Shown here: piece after piece, positions 1-16,640 of the stretch
Numbering within the stretch: position 1 is the first letter of the stretch
Layout: the number at the start of each line of letters is the position of its first letter
DNA from: the human T2T-CHM13v2.0 reference genome, Homo sapiens
Assembly (NCBI RefSeq): GCF_009914755.1
Contig: NC_060928.1
DNA: 64,000 nucleotides
Strand: one strand, 5' to 3'
Translations under genes and position numbers: made by a program
Notes under the pieces: model-generated
Told to the model about the DNA's origin: nothing
Seen by the model: the letters and a program-made list of their open reading frames with translations, nothing else
Databases searched by the model: none

Positions 1-46
1 CTCTCCTAGCCAAGGGAAGCCATGACAGACGGTACCTGGAATATCG

Positions 47-226
47 CTACACTCCTGCCCAAATACTGCGCTTTTCCCATGGTCTTAGCAACTGGCAGAC
101 AAGGAGATTCTCTCCCGTGCCTGGCTTGGCAGATCCAACACCCACGGAGCCTTGCTTGCTGCTAGTGCAGCAGTTTGAGATCGACCTGCGAGGCTGCAGC
201 CTGGCAGGGGGAGGGGCATCCGCCAT
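47..226 (-). other. L1 ORF0-homologous antisense ORF, 59 aa
   Basis: Manual translation MADAPPPARLQPRRSISNCCTSSKQGSVGVGSAKPGTGENLLVCQLLRPWEKRSIWAGV* aligns with L1 ORF0 as I recall it (MAGAPPPASLPPCSLISDCC...SVGVG...EKRNIRVGV). Start context gcaATGG. Below the track's 60-aa cutoff. Confidence 0.75.
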
Positions 227-2864
227 TGCTGAAGCTTAAGTAGGTAAACAAAGTGGCCAGGAAGCTCAAACTGGGTGGAGCCCACTGCAGCTCAGGAAGG
301 CCTACTGCCTCCATGTACTGTACCTCTGTAGACAGGGCATAGCTGAACAAAAGGCAGCAGTAACTTCTGCAGACTTAAACGTCCCTGTGTGACAGCTCTG
401 AAGACAGCAGTGGTTCTCCCAGCACGGCATTTGAGCTCTGAGAACGGACAGACTGCCTCCTCAAGTGGGTCCCTGACCCCCATGTAGCCTAACTGGGAGA
501 CATCTCCCAGTAGGGGCTGACAGACACCTCATACAGGCGGGTTTCCCTCTGCGATGAAGCTTCCAGAGGAAGGATCAGGCAGTAATATTTGCTGCTCGGC
601 AGCCTCCGCTGGTGATACCCAGGCAAACAGGGTCTGGAGTGGACCTCCAGCAAACTCCAACAGACCTGTTGCTTAGGGACCTGACTGTTAGAAGAAAAAC
701 TAACAAACCAAAAGGAATAGCATCAACATCAACAGAAAGGACTTCCACACAAAAACCCCATCTGTAGGTCACCAACATCAAAGACCAAAGGTAGATAAAA
801 CCACAAAGATGGGGAGAAACCAGAACAGAAAAGCTGAAAATTCTAAAAACCAGAGCGCCTCTTCTCCTCCAAAGGATCACAGCTCCTTGCCAGCAACAGA
901 ACAAAGCTGGATGGAGAATGACTTTGACGAGCTGACAGAAGTGGGATTCAGAAGGTCAATAATAACAAACTTCTCCAAGCTAAAGAAGCGTGTTCTAACC
1001 CATTGCGAGGAAGCTAAAAACCTTGAAAAAAGGTGAGACAAATGGCTAACTAGAATAAACAGTGTAGAGAAGACCTTAAATGACCTGATGGAGCTGAAAA
1101 CCATGGTATGAGAACTTCGTGACACATGCACAAACTTCAGTAGCCAATTCAATCAAGTGGAAGAAAGGATATCAGTGATTGAAGATCAAATGAAAGAAAT
1201 GAAGCGAGAAGAGAAGTTTAGAGAAAAAAGAGTAAAAAGAACAAAGCCTCCAAGAAATATGGGACTATGTGAAAAGACCAAATCTACATTTGATTGGTGT
1301 ACCTGAAAGTCACGGGGAGAATGGAACCAAGTTAGAAAACACTCTTCAGGATATTATCCAGGAGAACTTCCCCAACATAGCAAGGCAGGCCAACATTCAA
1401 ATTCAGGAAATACAGAGAACACCACAAAGATACTCCTCAAGAAGAGCAACCCCAAGACACATAATTCTCAGATTCACCAAGGTTGAAATGAAGGAAAAAA
1501 TGTTAAGGGTAGCCTGAGAGAAAGGTCAGATTACCCACTAACAGAAGCCCATCAGACTAACAGCGGCTCTCTCGGGCAGAAATCATACAAGCCAGAAGAG
1601 AGTGGGGGTCAAGATTCAACATTCTTAAAAGAATTTTCAACCCAGAATTTGATATCCAGCCAAACTAAGCTTCATAAGTGAAGGATAAATAAAATCCATT
1701 ACAGACAAGCAAATGCTGAGAGATTTTGTCACCACCAGGCCTGCCTTACAAGAGCTCCTGAAGGAAGCACTAAACAAGGAAAGGAACAACCAGTACCAGC
1801 CACTGCAAAAACATGCCAAATTGTAAAGACCATCGATGCTTTGAAGAAACTGCATCAATTAACAGGCAAAATACCCATCTAACATCATAATGACAGGATT
1901 AAATTCACACATAACAATACTAACCTTAAGTGTAAATGGGCTAAATGCGCCAATTAAAAGACACAGACTGGCAAATTGGATAGAGTCAAGACCCATCAGT
2001 GTGCTGTATTCAGGAGACCCATCTCATGTACAGAGACACATACAGGCTCAAAATAAAGGAATGGAGGAAGATCTCACAAGCAAAAGGAAAGCAAGAAAAA
2101 TCATAGGTTGCAATCCTAGTCTCTGATAAAGCAGGCTTTAAACCAACAAAGATCAAAAGAGACAAAGAAGGTCATTACATAATGGTAAAGGGATCAATTC
2201 AACAAGAAGAGCTAACTATCCTAAATATATATGCACCCAATACAGGAGCACCCAGATTCATAAAGCAATCTGGGAGACTTTAACACACCACTGTCAATAT
2301 TAGATCAACGTGACAGAAGTTTAACAAGGATATCCAGGACTTGAACTCAGCTCTGCACCAAGCAGACTTAATAGATATCTACAGAACTCTCCACCCCAAA
2401 TCAACAGAATATACATTCTTCTCAGCACCACGTCGCAATTACTCTAAAATCGACCACATAATTGGAAGTAAAGCACTCCTCAGCAAATGTAAAAACAGGA
2501 ATCACAACAAACTGTCTCTCTGACCACAGTGCAATGAAATTAGAACTCAGGATTAAGAAACTCACTCAAAACCGCACAACTACATGGAAACTGAACAGAA
2601 CAGCCTGCCCCTGAATGACTACTGAGTAAATAACAAAATAAGGCAGAAATAAGGATGTTGTTTGAAACCAGTGAGAACAAAGACACAACGTACCAGAATC
2701 TCTGGGACACATTTAAAGCAGTGTGTAGAGGGAAATTTATAGCACTAAATGCCCACAAGAGAAAGCAGGAAAGATCTAAAATTGAAACCCTGACATCACA
2801 ATTAAAAGAACTAGAGAAGAAAGAGGAAACATACAAAAGCTAGCAGAAGGCAAGAAATAACTAA

Positions 2865-3317
<453 letters not shown>

Positions 3318-3947
3318 TGAAACTATTCCAATCAATAGAACAAGAAGGAATCCTCCCTAACTCATTTTATGAGGCCAGCATCATCCTAATACCAAAGCCT
3401 GGCAGAGACAAAACAAAAAAAGAGAATTTTAGACCAATATCCCTGATGAACATCGATGCGAGAATCCTCAATAAAATACTGGCAAACCGAATCCAGCAGC
3501 ACATCCAAAAGCTTATCCACTATGATCAAGTCAGCTTCATCCCTGGGATGCAAGGCTGTTTCAACATACGCAAATCAATAAATGTAATCCATCACATAAA
3601 CAGAACCAATGACAAAAACCACATGATTATCTCAATAGATGCAGAAAAGGCCTTCGAAAAAATTCAACAGCCGTTCATGCTAAAAACTCTCAATAAACTA
3701 GGTATTGATGGAAATATCTCAAAATAATAAGAGCTATTTATGACAAACCCACAGCCAATATCATACTGAATGGGCAAAAACTGGAAGCGTTCCCTTTGAA
3801 AACCGGCAGAAGACAAGGATGCCCTCTCTCACCACTCCTACTCAACATAGTGTTAGAAGTTCTAGCCTGGGCAGTCAGGCAAGAGAAAGAAACAAAGGTT
3901 ATTCAATTTAGAAAAGCGGAAGTCAAATTGTCCCTGTCTGCAGATGA

Positions 3948-4094
<147 letters not shown>

Positions 4095-4649
4095 TGAGTG
4101 AACTCCCATTCACAATTGCTACAAAGAAAATAAGATACCTAGGAATCCAACTTACAAGGGATGGGAAGGACCTCTTCAAGGAGAACTACAAGCCACTGCT
4201 CAACAAAATAAAAGAGGACACAAACAAATGGAAGATGGGAAGAATCAATATTGTGAAAATATCCATACTGCCCAAGGTAATGTACAGATTCAATGCTATC
4301 TCCATCAAGCTACCAATGATTTTCTTCACAGAATTGGAAAAAACTACTTTAAAATTCATATGAAACCAAAAAGGAGCCCGCATAGCCAAGACAGTACTAA
4401 GCAAAAACAACAAAGCTGGAGGCATCACACTACCTGACTTCAAAGTATACTACAAGGCTATAGTAACCAAAACAGTATGGTACTGGTACCAAAACAGATA
4501 TGTAGAGAACAGAGGCCTCAGAAATAACACCATGCATCTACAACCATCTGATCTTTGACAAACCTGACAAAAACAAGAAGTGGGGAAAGGATTCCCTATT
4601 TAATACATGGTGCTGGGAAAACTGGCTAGCCATATGCAGAAAGCTGAAA

Positions 4650-5279
4650 ATGGATCCCTTCCTTACACCTTATACAAAAATTAATTCAAGATGTATTAAA
4701 GACTTAAATGTAAGACCTAAAACCATAAAAACCCTAGAAGAAAACGTAGGCAGTACCATTCAGGACATAGGCCTAGTCAAGGACTTCATGACTGAAACAC
4801 CGAAAGAAATGGCAACAAAAGCCAAAATTGACAAATGGGATCTAATTAATCTAAAGAGCTTCTGCACAGCGAAAGAAACTACCATCAGAGTGAATAGGCA
4901 ACCTACAGAAGGGGAGAAAATTTTTGCAATCTACCCATCTGACAAAGGGCTAATATCCAGAATCTACAATGAACTCAAACAAATTTACAAGAAAAAAAAC
5001 AACCCCATCAAAAAGTGGGCAAAAGGTATGAATAGACATCCCTCAAAAGAAGACATTTATGCAGCCAACAGACACATGAAAAAATGCTCATCATCACTGG
5101 CCATCAGAGAAATGCAAATCAAAACCACAATGAGATACCATCTCACGCCAGTTAGAATGGTGATCATTAAAAAGTTGGGAAACAACAGATGCTGGAGAGG
5201 ATGTGGAGAAGTAGGAACGCCTTTACACTGTTGGTGGGAGTGTAAATTAGTTCAATCATTGTGGAAGACAGTGTGGTGA
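4650..5279 (+). pseudogene. L1 ORF2p C-terminal remnant (209-aa open stretch with Cys-rich motif)
   Basis: [16 protein letters not shown]...[22 protein letters not shown] matches L1 ORF2p; upstream frame is broken. Confidence 0.9.
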
Positions 5280-5844
5280 TTCCTCAAGGATCTAGAACTA
5301 GAAATACCATTTGACCCAGCCATCCCATTACTGGGTATATACCCAAAGGATTATAAATCATGCTGCTATAAAGACACATGCACACGTATGTTTATTGCAG
5401 CACTATTCACGATAGTAAAGACTTGGAACCAACCCAAATTTCCATCAGTGATAGACTAGATTAAGAAAATGTGGCACAGATACACCATGGAATACTATGC
5501 AGCCATAAAAAAGGATGAGTTCATGTCCTTTGTTGGGACATGGATGAAGCTGGGAACCATCATTCTCAGCAAACTATCAGAAGGACAGAAAACCAAACAC
5601 CACATGTTCTCACTCATAGGTGGGAATTGAACAATGAGAACACTTGGACGCAGGGCAGGGAACATCACACACTGGGGCCTGTCAGGTGGTGGGGGGCTGG
5701 GGGAGGGATAGCATTAGGAGACATACCTAATGTAAATGATGAGTTAATGGGGGAAGCAAACCAACATGGCTCATGTATACCTATGTAATAAACCTGCACG
5801 TTGTGCACATGTACCCTGTAATTAAAAAAAAAATTCAGTTACAA

Positions 5845-6126
5845 CCAGGTGTGGTGGTTCACACCTGTAATCTGAGCAGGAGGATCACTTGAGTCCTGGA
5901 GTTTAGACCAGCCTGGGCACCGTAGGGAGACCCGTCTGTCCAAAAAAATAAAATTTAAATGTTAGCCAGATGTGGTAGCACACACCTGTGGTCCCACCTA
6001 TTCGGGAGGCTGAGGTGGGAGGACCGCTTGGACCCTGGAGGTCAAGTCTGTAGTGAGCCATGATCGCGCTACTGCAGTCCAGCATGGGCAACAGAGCAAG
6101 ACCCCATCTCAAATAAATAAATAAAA
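5845..6126 (+). mobile_element. Old Alu (AluJ-like) with a left-arm deletion, just downstream of the L1 tail
   Basis: ggtgtggtggttcacacctgtaat...gaggatcacttgag...gcaacagagcaagaccccatctc, then (aaat)n; degenerate TSD aaaattcagtta/aaaactcagtaa. Confidence 0.9.
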
Positions 6127-9100
6127 CTCAGTAAGTAATAGAGCCAGAATTTTGAACTATGAATAGGTAAGATTAAAAAAAAAGACATTATTTTGTAATG
6201 TCTTGTATTATCAGACAAGGTATCAGAGACAAGGAAAAAGAAAGGTGCACTGAACAGCCAAAGCAGGACTGACGGAACTCAGAAATGGGCTGGGACCAGC
6301 CTGGGAGAAAGAAAACGCAAGGCAAAGAAAAGGATAAAACAGCCCTGCTGCACTCTGGTGGGACTGATAAGAAATAGCTTCTGTATCTTGGTATTTTGTA
6401 CCTTAAAAAAAATTGAGGAGTGGCAGGAATAGAAAACAGAAACAATGTCTCTTTGGGGTGAGAGACAGAAACACGCTGTTCCTCTCAGAGGATGTGGAAA
6501 CATTGATGACCTCTGCAAGTGCAGGCAGGCAGTATCCACAGCTCTGCATCACCACTCGGCGTCACCACTGTGCAACCCATCAGTCCTGTGGTGCCCGTTC
6601 AAGTCACATTGTATAAATCTGTCCTACGGCATCTGTATCCTCACCATCTAATAACTTTAGCACAGAATATTGTTTAAGAATGATGGAGAGGGAAAAGAAG
6701 ACTTTGAGTCAACAAAACCTTTGTTTGTTTACATTTACCATATCATCCATTCTTTGTAGTATATATCAGAAGACTTTCATTTTAGGTTTTTAAAAATCGT
6801 TTATATGTAATGAGTTAAAAACCTTAGTTATCCAGAAACATATTCTGAGCAACATGTTTTTGGTACCACCTGCTGTCTTATATATTTCTTGTCTGCATGC
6901 TTCTGTATACCTAGTAGGTGTCTGTAGGCAGATCACCTTACATTGTGATTTCTTTTAAATTGGGAAAAATATATGTCCTTTGAATATCTTATGGTTCAGC
7001 AGGGGCATTAGAAAATATAAACAACTGTTGTGTGATATGTGCAAAAGAAATGTGAACAATGTTTAGGAGTAATATAGAGAAGAAAATGACAGTTTCTTTG
7101 TATAGAAATGATTTGAAAGAATAACTAGGATTTTCCTGGAGTACATGGCCTGGGAGTAGACAGGACTGTTCAGATAAAGAGATCACTATTTATAAATTAG
7201 AGAGGTGTGAAGAATATGCTCATAGCAATTTTAGGGGAAGTACAAGGAGTTCAGTATTGGTAGAAAGTAAAGGGCCTGGAGGGGTCAAATAACAGGAGAC
7301 GATGCTGGGAAAAGAAGCAGAGGACAGGCCATTTGTCCCCACTGCCACTACTCCCTTACCCCCATTAAGAACCCATGGGTTTATATATTTTTAAATATCT
7401 TAAAATATGTAAATATCTAAGTAAGTTCTTCACTCCTATTCTATCTTATGGAGACCCTTTTTAAAGAGTGAATTTTATAGAGACATAGGAAATGTTAGTT
7501 TGCATTGTTTTCACTTTGCCCCTATAGTTTTTTAAAAAGCAGATTCACTTTTTACAAGAGGAAGAATTTGGATTAGTGCTGGATACATACTGTTTTGACT
7601 TGTAAAATGACTCTTTAATAGAAATGGACAAAGAAAATATGCTAATAAAATAACTTAAGTATGTGTATGTGTGTGCATGCTAAATTTTTTTTTCTTCTGT
7701 TCTCTTCATTTTGTGCTCATCATCAATTGCTGCTATTTACTGTGGTGCATTTTTCCTGAACACCTGCTGTCAAATGCATCAAGTCTTTTCTTGCACAGTG
7801 CTACAGGTTTTTGCAGAACTGAGCAAGCCCAACATTAGACAGATAGCCTAAAGACTGATTGATTTATTTGTTTTAATACAAATATACGCTCACATGTTGA
7901 CATACAGAAATCTGTTTCAAATGAATTATTTTTTAAAGAACAAAGAACTTTATAACCCTAGTACCTAATCCTATGCCTGACACATAGTAGATACTCAGCA
8001 AACATCTGTGGGACTGAACTGCTCTGTGAAGCCTAGCTAAGCACTAAAGACTCCCACAACTTTTTCAGCTTTATGGGGAAGTGATTATCTTAAATAGTTT
8101 TAATGCAAATTGAATTATTGTTTAAAAAGCATGTCCACCAGTTGAAAAGTCAAGTCATGGAACATTGTTAAGATCCAGGTTTTAATTTAGCAGATATTGT
8201 TCTCTTTGCAGAATAATTACGAATCTATTTAAAATAAATGCTTTTTTATCTTTATCTCCCTTTGCACAATGGAGTGGCATTGTCAAAAGGGGAAAGTGTC
8301 TAATAATAAGTTGAAAACATTGTGCAGTTATACTTCAAAGACATCTCTTAAATTGTCCTGTTCAGGATCACTGCCTCTGCTATTATTCATGTTCTAATTT
8401 AGGGCCTCGAAATGGTATTAGTTGCCTAACTGGAAGTTGCACTTCGTTCCTGTGCTTCTTCCACACTGCTGCCAGAATCATTTACTTTCTTCAACAGAAA
8501 ATCAAGCCTGTCTCTTTCCTCATTAAAAACCTGCAATTTGCTACGGACTGTGAGATAAGGACCAAACTCCTTGGCATTACATACCATATGTAATGTAATT
8601 ATACCTGTGGATTTTTTTTCTCAATCTACCTTCATGTCCCCATGTTTCTAAGCATCCTCTACCAGTGCTTCCCAAAATTTTTCATGACATGTCACACATG
8701 GAATAATAACCAGATGATACCACTGTCTGACTGCCTGAAGTCTCTGGCTTCTCTGAGCTTTCTGGCCCTTCTGAGATCTGAAGGAAACAATATCTTAAGC
8801 ATACCCTCTAATCCATTCCCAGTACAACCACTGGGAAAGTCTGCCCTACATGTGACCACAGTAAACCTTTTCGCCTCCCAGGAATGGTTTGTGCACTGCT
8901 TTTCTTCTTTGCTTATAATATTCATTCTGCCTTTTCACAGTTTCTCAATCTGGTAAATTTCCCCTCCTTGTCATTTAAAGCCCGGCTCATTTGGATTTGG
9001 GAAATGTTTCTGGAATTTTTTTAAGAATATGTGAAGCTCTTTGTTTCCAATTAAAGCCTTATCTTAAATCAATTAATTTTGACTCTTAGAAATTCTCTTT

Positions 9101-9308
9101 CCATTTTCTGACCCATTTGTAATAACTTAATTTTAAGGTTACACCTACTGTACCAATAATGATTTTGTTTTTAAAAATACAAATAAAAATCTCCCTTCCT
9201 TGGCTTTTTGGAAACAGTTTCTTTCCCCCGTAAATTATATTGCCCATGGTTTCATAAATACACATCTCAAATGGGTTACTTATGTAAAGGGTGTGTGTGC
9301 TTACTTGC

Positions 9309-9312
<4 letters not shown>

Positions 9313-9340
<28 letters not shown>
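9313..9340. repeat. (GT)n microsatellite
   Basis: Directly visible dinucleotide run. Confidence 0.95.
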
Positions 9341-9529
9341 ATCACTACTACTAATACTAACATAAATATATATATCATTACTACCCACTTAGCTATACTC
9401 TAAAGTTAAAAGATCTCAAAATACTTCTTGTGAAAAGGTTTACTAAGCCCAAAGTTCTAAGAGAAAAATTATGAAAATTGGTTTCCTTTGTTTAACAGAG
9501 CCTATTGCTTATTTTAAGGGTAATTGATC

Positions 9530-9839
9530 TTTTGTTTTGAGACAGGGTCTCACCCTGTCACTTAGGCTGGAGTGCAGTGGTGGATGCCTCCCTAGGCGTC
9601 AACCTCCTGGGCTCAAGTGATCCTCCCACCTCAGCTGGGACTACAGGTGTGTGTACCACCACACCCGGCTAATTTTTATGTTTGTTTGTTTGTTTGTTTG
9701 TTTGTTTGTTTGTTTTGTAGAGATGGGGTTGCGCCATGTTGCCTAGGCTGGTCTCAAATGCCTGAGCTCAAGCGATCTGCCTGCCTTAGCCTCCCAAAGT
9801 GCTGGGATTACAGTTGTGTGTGTGCCACTGTGCCTAGCC
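9530..9839 (-). mobile_element. AluJ-like with a (TTTG)n microsatellite in the middle A-rich linker
   Basis: gagacagggtctcac...ctcccaaagtgctgggattaca; (tttg)n ~9680-9713. Confidence 0.92.
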
Positions 9840-11739
9840 TGATTGATTTTGATCTCTAACACATTCCTCTCATAACTATTTCTGCTTTTCCAAAAAAGTT
9901 TTATGTATGGGTTAGGTAAATGTTTCTGGTTTTATCTCATTAAATGATTGGCTTTTAGTATCAGCATGAATCAAGTATAATTTGACTCACCTCATCCTTA
10001 AATTCTTACTTAATTTGGTAATTATTGTGTATTTTATCATTTTCTACTAGTGTCTTAGCCTGTTGATCAAAGCTTGCTGCAGTTAGTTGTTTGCGTGTTG
10101 ATCTTTCTCTACTTTTTAGTGTTCTTAAAGGTAAGGACCAAGTCATATGCTTCTGTATTTTCCTCACAGTGCTTTGCACAAAAAAAAAAAATTGTCTAGT
10201 AGGTGTCTTTTTAGTTACTTTTAAAGTATCTTGTGGGTAGTTAAGACTTTTTTATTCAAATTTTATATAAAATCTGTTTTTGTTTTCTGATGCCTGTTCA
10301 GCAGATGCTTACCCAGACTGAAGTAGTTTACATTCTTTTTCAATGTCCCAAAAGCTTAATTAGCAAATAATATAATGCAGACTGCTCCTTGCATAGGCTC
10401 TCATGGATTTTACATACTACTGCTTATTTTATTAGTCTCTAAAGTCATTCTTCTCCCAGTGTAATTACACTTTTAAAAATTACTAAATTGCATAAGAGAT
10501 ATTATGAAATCGTATTCCTGGAACATTGAGAATTTCAAGCTTTAAAAGACAGCAGCTAAAGTCAAAGATACAGCAACATTTTCAAAAGTTAGCTTTGTAC
10601 ATCTCTTGGCTGAGTAATGTGAACCCACACATGGAAAGATTTAATAGATACAGGAATGTTCTGGGCCTCTGTAAGAGCTGATCCCTCTATCAGGTTTCTG
10701 TGCAGACAAGCATGTTTCTTCTATCTATTAGGAAAGGGTTATGAATTGAGCATTTCAGAGGCTATGGTAAGAAGCAGGGAGAGAAGGGGGCAAGTAGAGA
10801 ATTGCTAAATATCAATTCTTTTTAAATATTGAGATTTAGAAATAAAAATCAAGAATCTGTATTTTGACTTGACTTTTCAATCTATTATTCTAACCTCGTA
10901 GCTCATTGTTCCATTTATTCAAAGAACATTAACATCTGCCATATATTAGGAATTCAGAGATTGCTAACATTGCCTATGTTCAAGGATCTCATAATCAAGT
11001 ACTGAGGATAATTATACAAGAAGAGTAATCACTATAATAGCATTTAATACTTACTGAAGCATACATGCCATATGCCAAACACTGAGCTAAGCACATTATA
11101 TCAATATAGATATAAAAACACCTGCTGATTTGTCCAAACACACAGCTAATAAGTTTTTGAGCTAGAATTTTCCTCCAGCTAAGCTGATTCTTTTGCCCTC
11201 ACTTTTAACCTTGTATGCCAAATTACAAGTTTAAAATTCATTTATGTACTTGGAAGAGTCATAGAAGTTTCAATAAAAGAGAAGACTTTTAAGCTGAGAC
11301 TTGAACAAGAAGTGGAGCTTCCCTGATAGACAAAGAGATAAAATGTCATTCTGAGCAGATTGAGAAATATGTGCGAAAACAGGGAGGCAGAAAGCAGCGT
11401 GGTGAGTTTTACTAACTGGGTGTTTAGGTGCTCCTAAGCAAGTCCAAGTTCAAGTATAGCATTTCAAGTTTCTATGATTTTAGTGTAACTCCTATCTTAT
11501 CTACAGCTCCTTTTCTTTTCTCACAGGGTGAGAAATGCTATACTTGAACTTGGACTTTTTTCTTTGATGTGCAATTAAATGATTAGAAAATAGGAAGTTA
11601 AGGTATTTGCAGTTAAAATGATCACGTTAGCCATGATGTAGATAAAGCAAGGAAAAAGAAGGAAAGAATAAGACTGCAGGCAGAAAAACAACTAGCACAG
11701 CAGTTATGATATTCTAGACAAATGATTGTGTTGGCTTGA

Positions 11740-11900
11740 TATCACTGAGTAAACATTTATTGGGTGCCTTATATGTGCCATAGCTGAGCTTACAGTGTTG
11801 AATAAAATGAATATGATTCCTGCCATTACATACAGTCTACAATCTGTTGGGAAAGACAGACAGTAAACAAACACACAAATACACAATAAAGAAGAATGGG
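11740..11900 (-). mobile_element. L2 3'-end fragment
   Basis: aaacatttattgggtgccttatatgtgcca...tacaatctgttgggaaagacagaca resembles the antisense L2 tail. Confidence 0.6.
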
Positions 11901-13559
11901 TAGAAGTGACAGGTTTAAGAGAGATTTAAGTAGTGTTAGCCAGGTCTATGCATTAGTTGGATTTAGAGGAAGAAATAGATACCTAGAATAAATCCAAGGT
12001 TTCTTTGAGATAATTCAGAGCCGTTACCAAAGATCCACCTTTCTCCCTGGTTTCTGGAACTATTCTCTCCATGAATCATGATTCATTGATATGTTTTTAT
12101 TAAAGTATAAAGGCTCAGTGCTGCTTTCCTTTCCTAGAGGAAGGCACTCCCTATATACACATACACACCCTTGTTGATTATTTTAAATGAATGGGAGCCA
12201 ATGGGACCTGATTTTTCAAGGTGTCTATTTTAATACTTTTGTCTGAACAAGTATTTCTATGTTAATGAAATTAGATTTGAGCATTTGATAGAACATGAAA
12301 CTATAAGTGTTGAATTTCAGAATTTATAAAAAAGAAAAGGCAGCCTTATAATTGTGGTATAAGGTTTGATAGTTAAGACTCCTTCATGTGAAATACCAGA
12401 TGTTTTGAGTCCTTGATATAAAGGTCAGAAGAAAAGAAGGATATTGGTTTCATAATAAATTAACATGTTTACAGTAATGACTATGCAGTGTAAGCTGTGG
12501 ATATTTTGTTATATAAGAATGGCAGGGGGTCCTAGAACTGGGGGCTGGAAGGCCCATTTAAAAGGTCATCTAATACGATAATTTTTAGTCTGGAGCACAC
12601 AAGCAGAGTTCAGGTGAACTCCCTGGAATTATTTGCAAAATTGGGAGTATTTTTCGTATGTATAGTTTGAGGGGAATTTCTGTCAAATGCACATAGGCAC
12701 CTGTAATTAAAGAGCCGCCTTCATTTTCACACATGAGGAAACTGAGGCTGTTACAGATGTAGAGACTTGCCCAAGTTCTTGAATAAGTTCTCAGAAAGGG
12801 AGTTTGTTCTATGATTTGTGTTTTTTAATAAAGTTTTAATGGACAGACCACGATATCCAACATGGCCTTGGAGCCATAGGGTTCAGAATATTAGAAAGCC
12901 TTGGCTTCTTTTTTCATTGAGTTGTCATATAGTGATTTTAATAATAATAGAACATGCTATTATTCAGAATACATTCTTCCACCCTAATATCCCAAAACAG
13001 TATTTTTAAAGAAATTCTAGGAAGGGTGTTTACTCATTCAGAGTTCTACAGGAAGGAAGGCTCTTTCCTACTATTTTTTAAGCATAACTTTCACTGACAA
13101 GACCAGGCCAGAAAAAGCCTAGCTGGCTGTTGGCCCAGACAATGTTATAATAATCATTGAAGTATACTCAACCTGCACTGCCTGAGGATAGCTACAGCTA
13201 AAAAAAATAAATAAATAAGCACACACAGATGTATGCTGAGTGTTCCAGTGACTTAGCTGACATGTATGCTGTATATCCTTTGCTGTGTTCCTTCAACTAT
13301 TAGAAAGGAAATTTTAAAATAGCCTAGAATTTATTATTCCAATAGGGTGAAAAGGACAACTTCAACTTTAAAAAAATAACCAAGCTCTCCAAGGCTGTAT
13401 CCCCAGCAAGTAAATCAATCTGGCATATAGTAGATGCTTAATAATTTTTTTGATGAGAGAATTGTTGAAGTTTGTTAGTTATATTTCAGAAAGAGAATTT
13501 TGTTTGTTCATCAATAATGAGTATCATGTAGTGTCAAAATAGTAAAATTAAAAAGGACT

Positions 13560-13750
13560 GCTTCAACATTTAGAAACCCCAGATTTCAGCGCAGTTTCTG
13601 TAAGTTATTGTACGACCTTGGGCCTCATTTTCTTTGTCTTAATAAGGATATAATAATATCTAATTCCCAAAATTTGGGGGAATATTAAATGAGCTACAGT
13701 ATGTGAAAGATGCTTCATAGATCCTTAAGTGCTATATAAATATTAATGTT
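13560..13750 (+). mobile_element. MIR fragment
   Basis: gaccttggg/cctcattttctttgtc...attaaatgagctacagtatgtgaaag resembles the MIR core. Confidence 0.55.
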
Positions 13751-14729
13751 ATTTGTCTTAGATAACATTTTCAATTTTTTAAATATGTATTTACTGAAAT
13801 CATCTTTATTTCCTAAGTCCTGTATTTGTTTTAGGTAGAAAGAAGTGATTTCCATGATTGAAATGGAGTTTTGAATTCTTTGATAAAATACATTTTAAGG
13901 TATACAGAATTGTCTGCAAAGAATTAAAACACTCATTTTTAAGCAAGGGAAATATATTTATTTTATGATTTTCCTAATTGAATTTTTGCCAGCTAATTTG
14001 TACGTAAGTTAAGGATTGATTGATATATATTTGATAGACAATCACCCTCTTCTAGGTATTATAACATATACAAAAAGTATACAACAGCATTTTCCAAAGT
14101 GGAAAAGAAATATTAGTTTTTGAGATGTTCCATGATTAGAGTTTGGGAATTTAAAATAGAATTTTTACATACTACCATAGGTTTCTCCTAGATATTTTTA
14201 TTACCCATTAATATAATTTCCAAAAATTCCTTCATATAGAAACCTATACAAACCTTTTATTTTGTTTCTACACAGTGTTATCCAAATTTATTTAACAAGA
14301 AAACCCTTTTTTCCATTACATTTGTTAACATTCACTCGAGTATTTTATAAAGCACTGGTATGAGATATGATGATATGACCCCATGGATTTGAACAGTCTG
14401 TTTGGAACTCTAAGTATGAACATGGTGAAGTACATTAAAACAAAACAAAACAAACAAAAATAAAACAAATTAACTATGAGATTGTGAAATGGTTGTAATA
14501 TATGTCACCAAATTCATGGCTAAATCATAGAAATTGATCTGTCACAGCTTGTTAAATAAGTATTCTTTCTCTTACATGACTTCTTACGTGATTTTTTTCC
14601 AAACTGCTTAGTCAAAGAAGATAATCTTTCCAGATAGAGAAAATTTTAAAATATCTTTATTCCTCTTTAAATTTACTGATTTATAAATACTGGGAGTCTA
14701 ACAAATGCAAGTTACTACTCTTTATTAAT

Positions 14730-16640
<1,911 letters not shown>

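Noticed and set aside
5674-5708. G-quadruplex-prone G-rich tract
   Set aside because: Standard feature of L1PA 3'UTRs.
11507-11533. Pyrimidine tract + cag|g|gtgaga as a micro-exon
   Set aside because: Would be a 1-nt exon; better explained as the junction of the inverted duplication.
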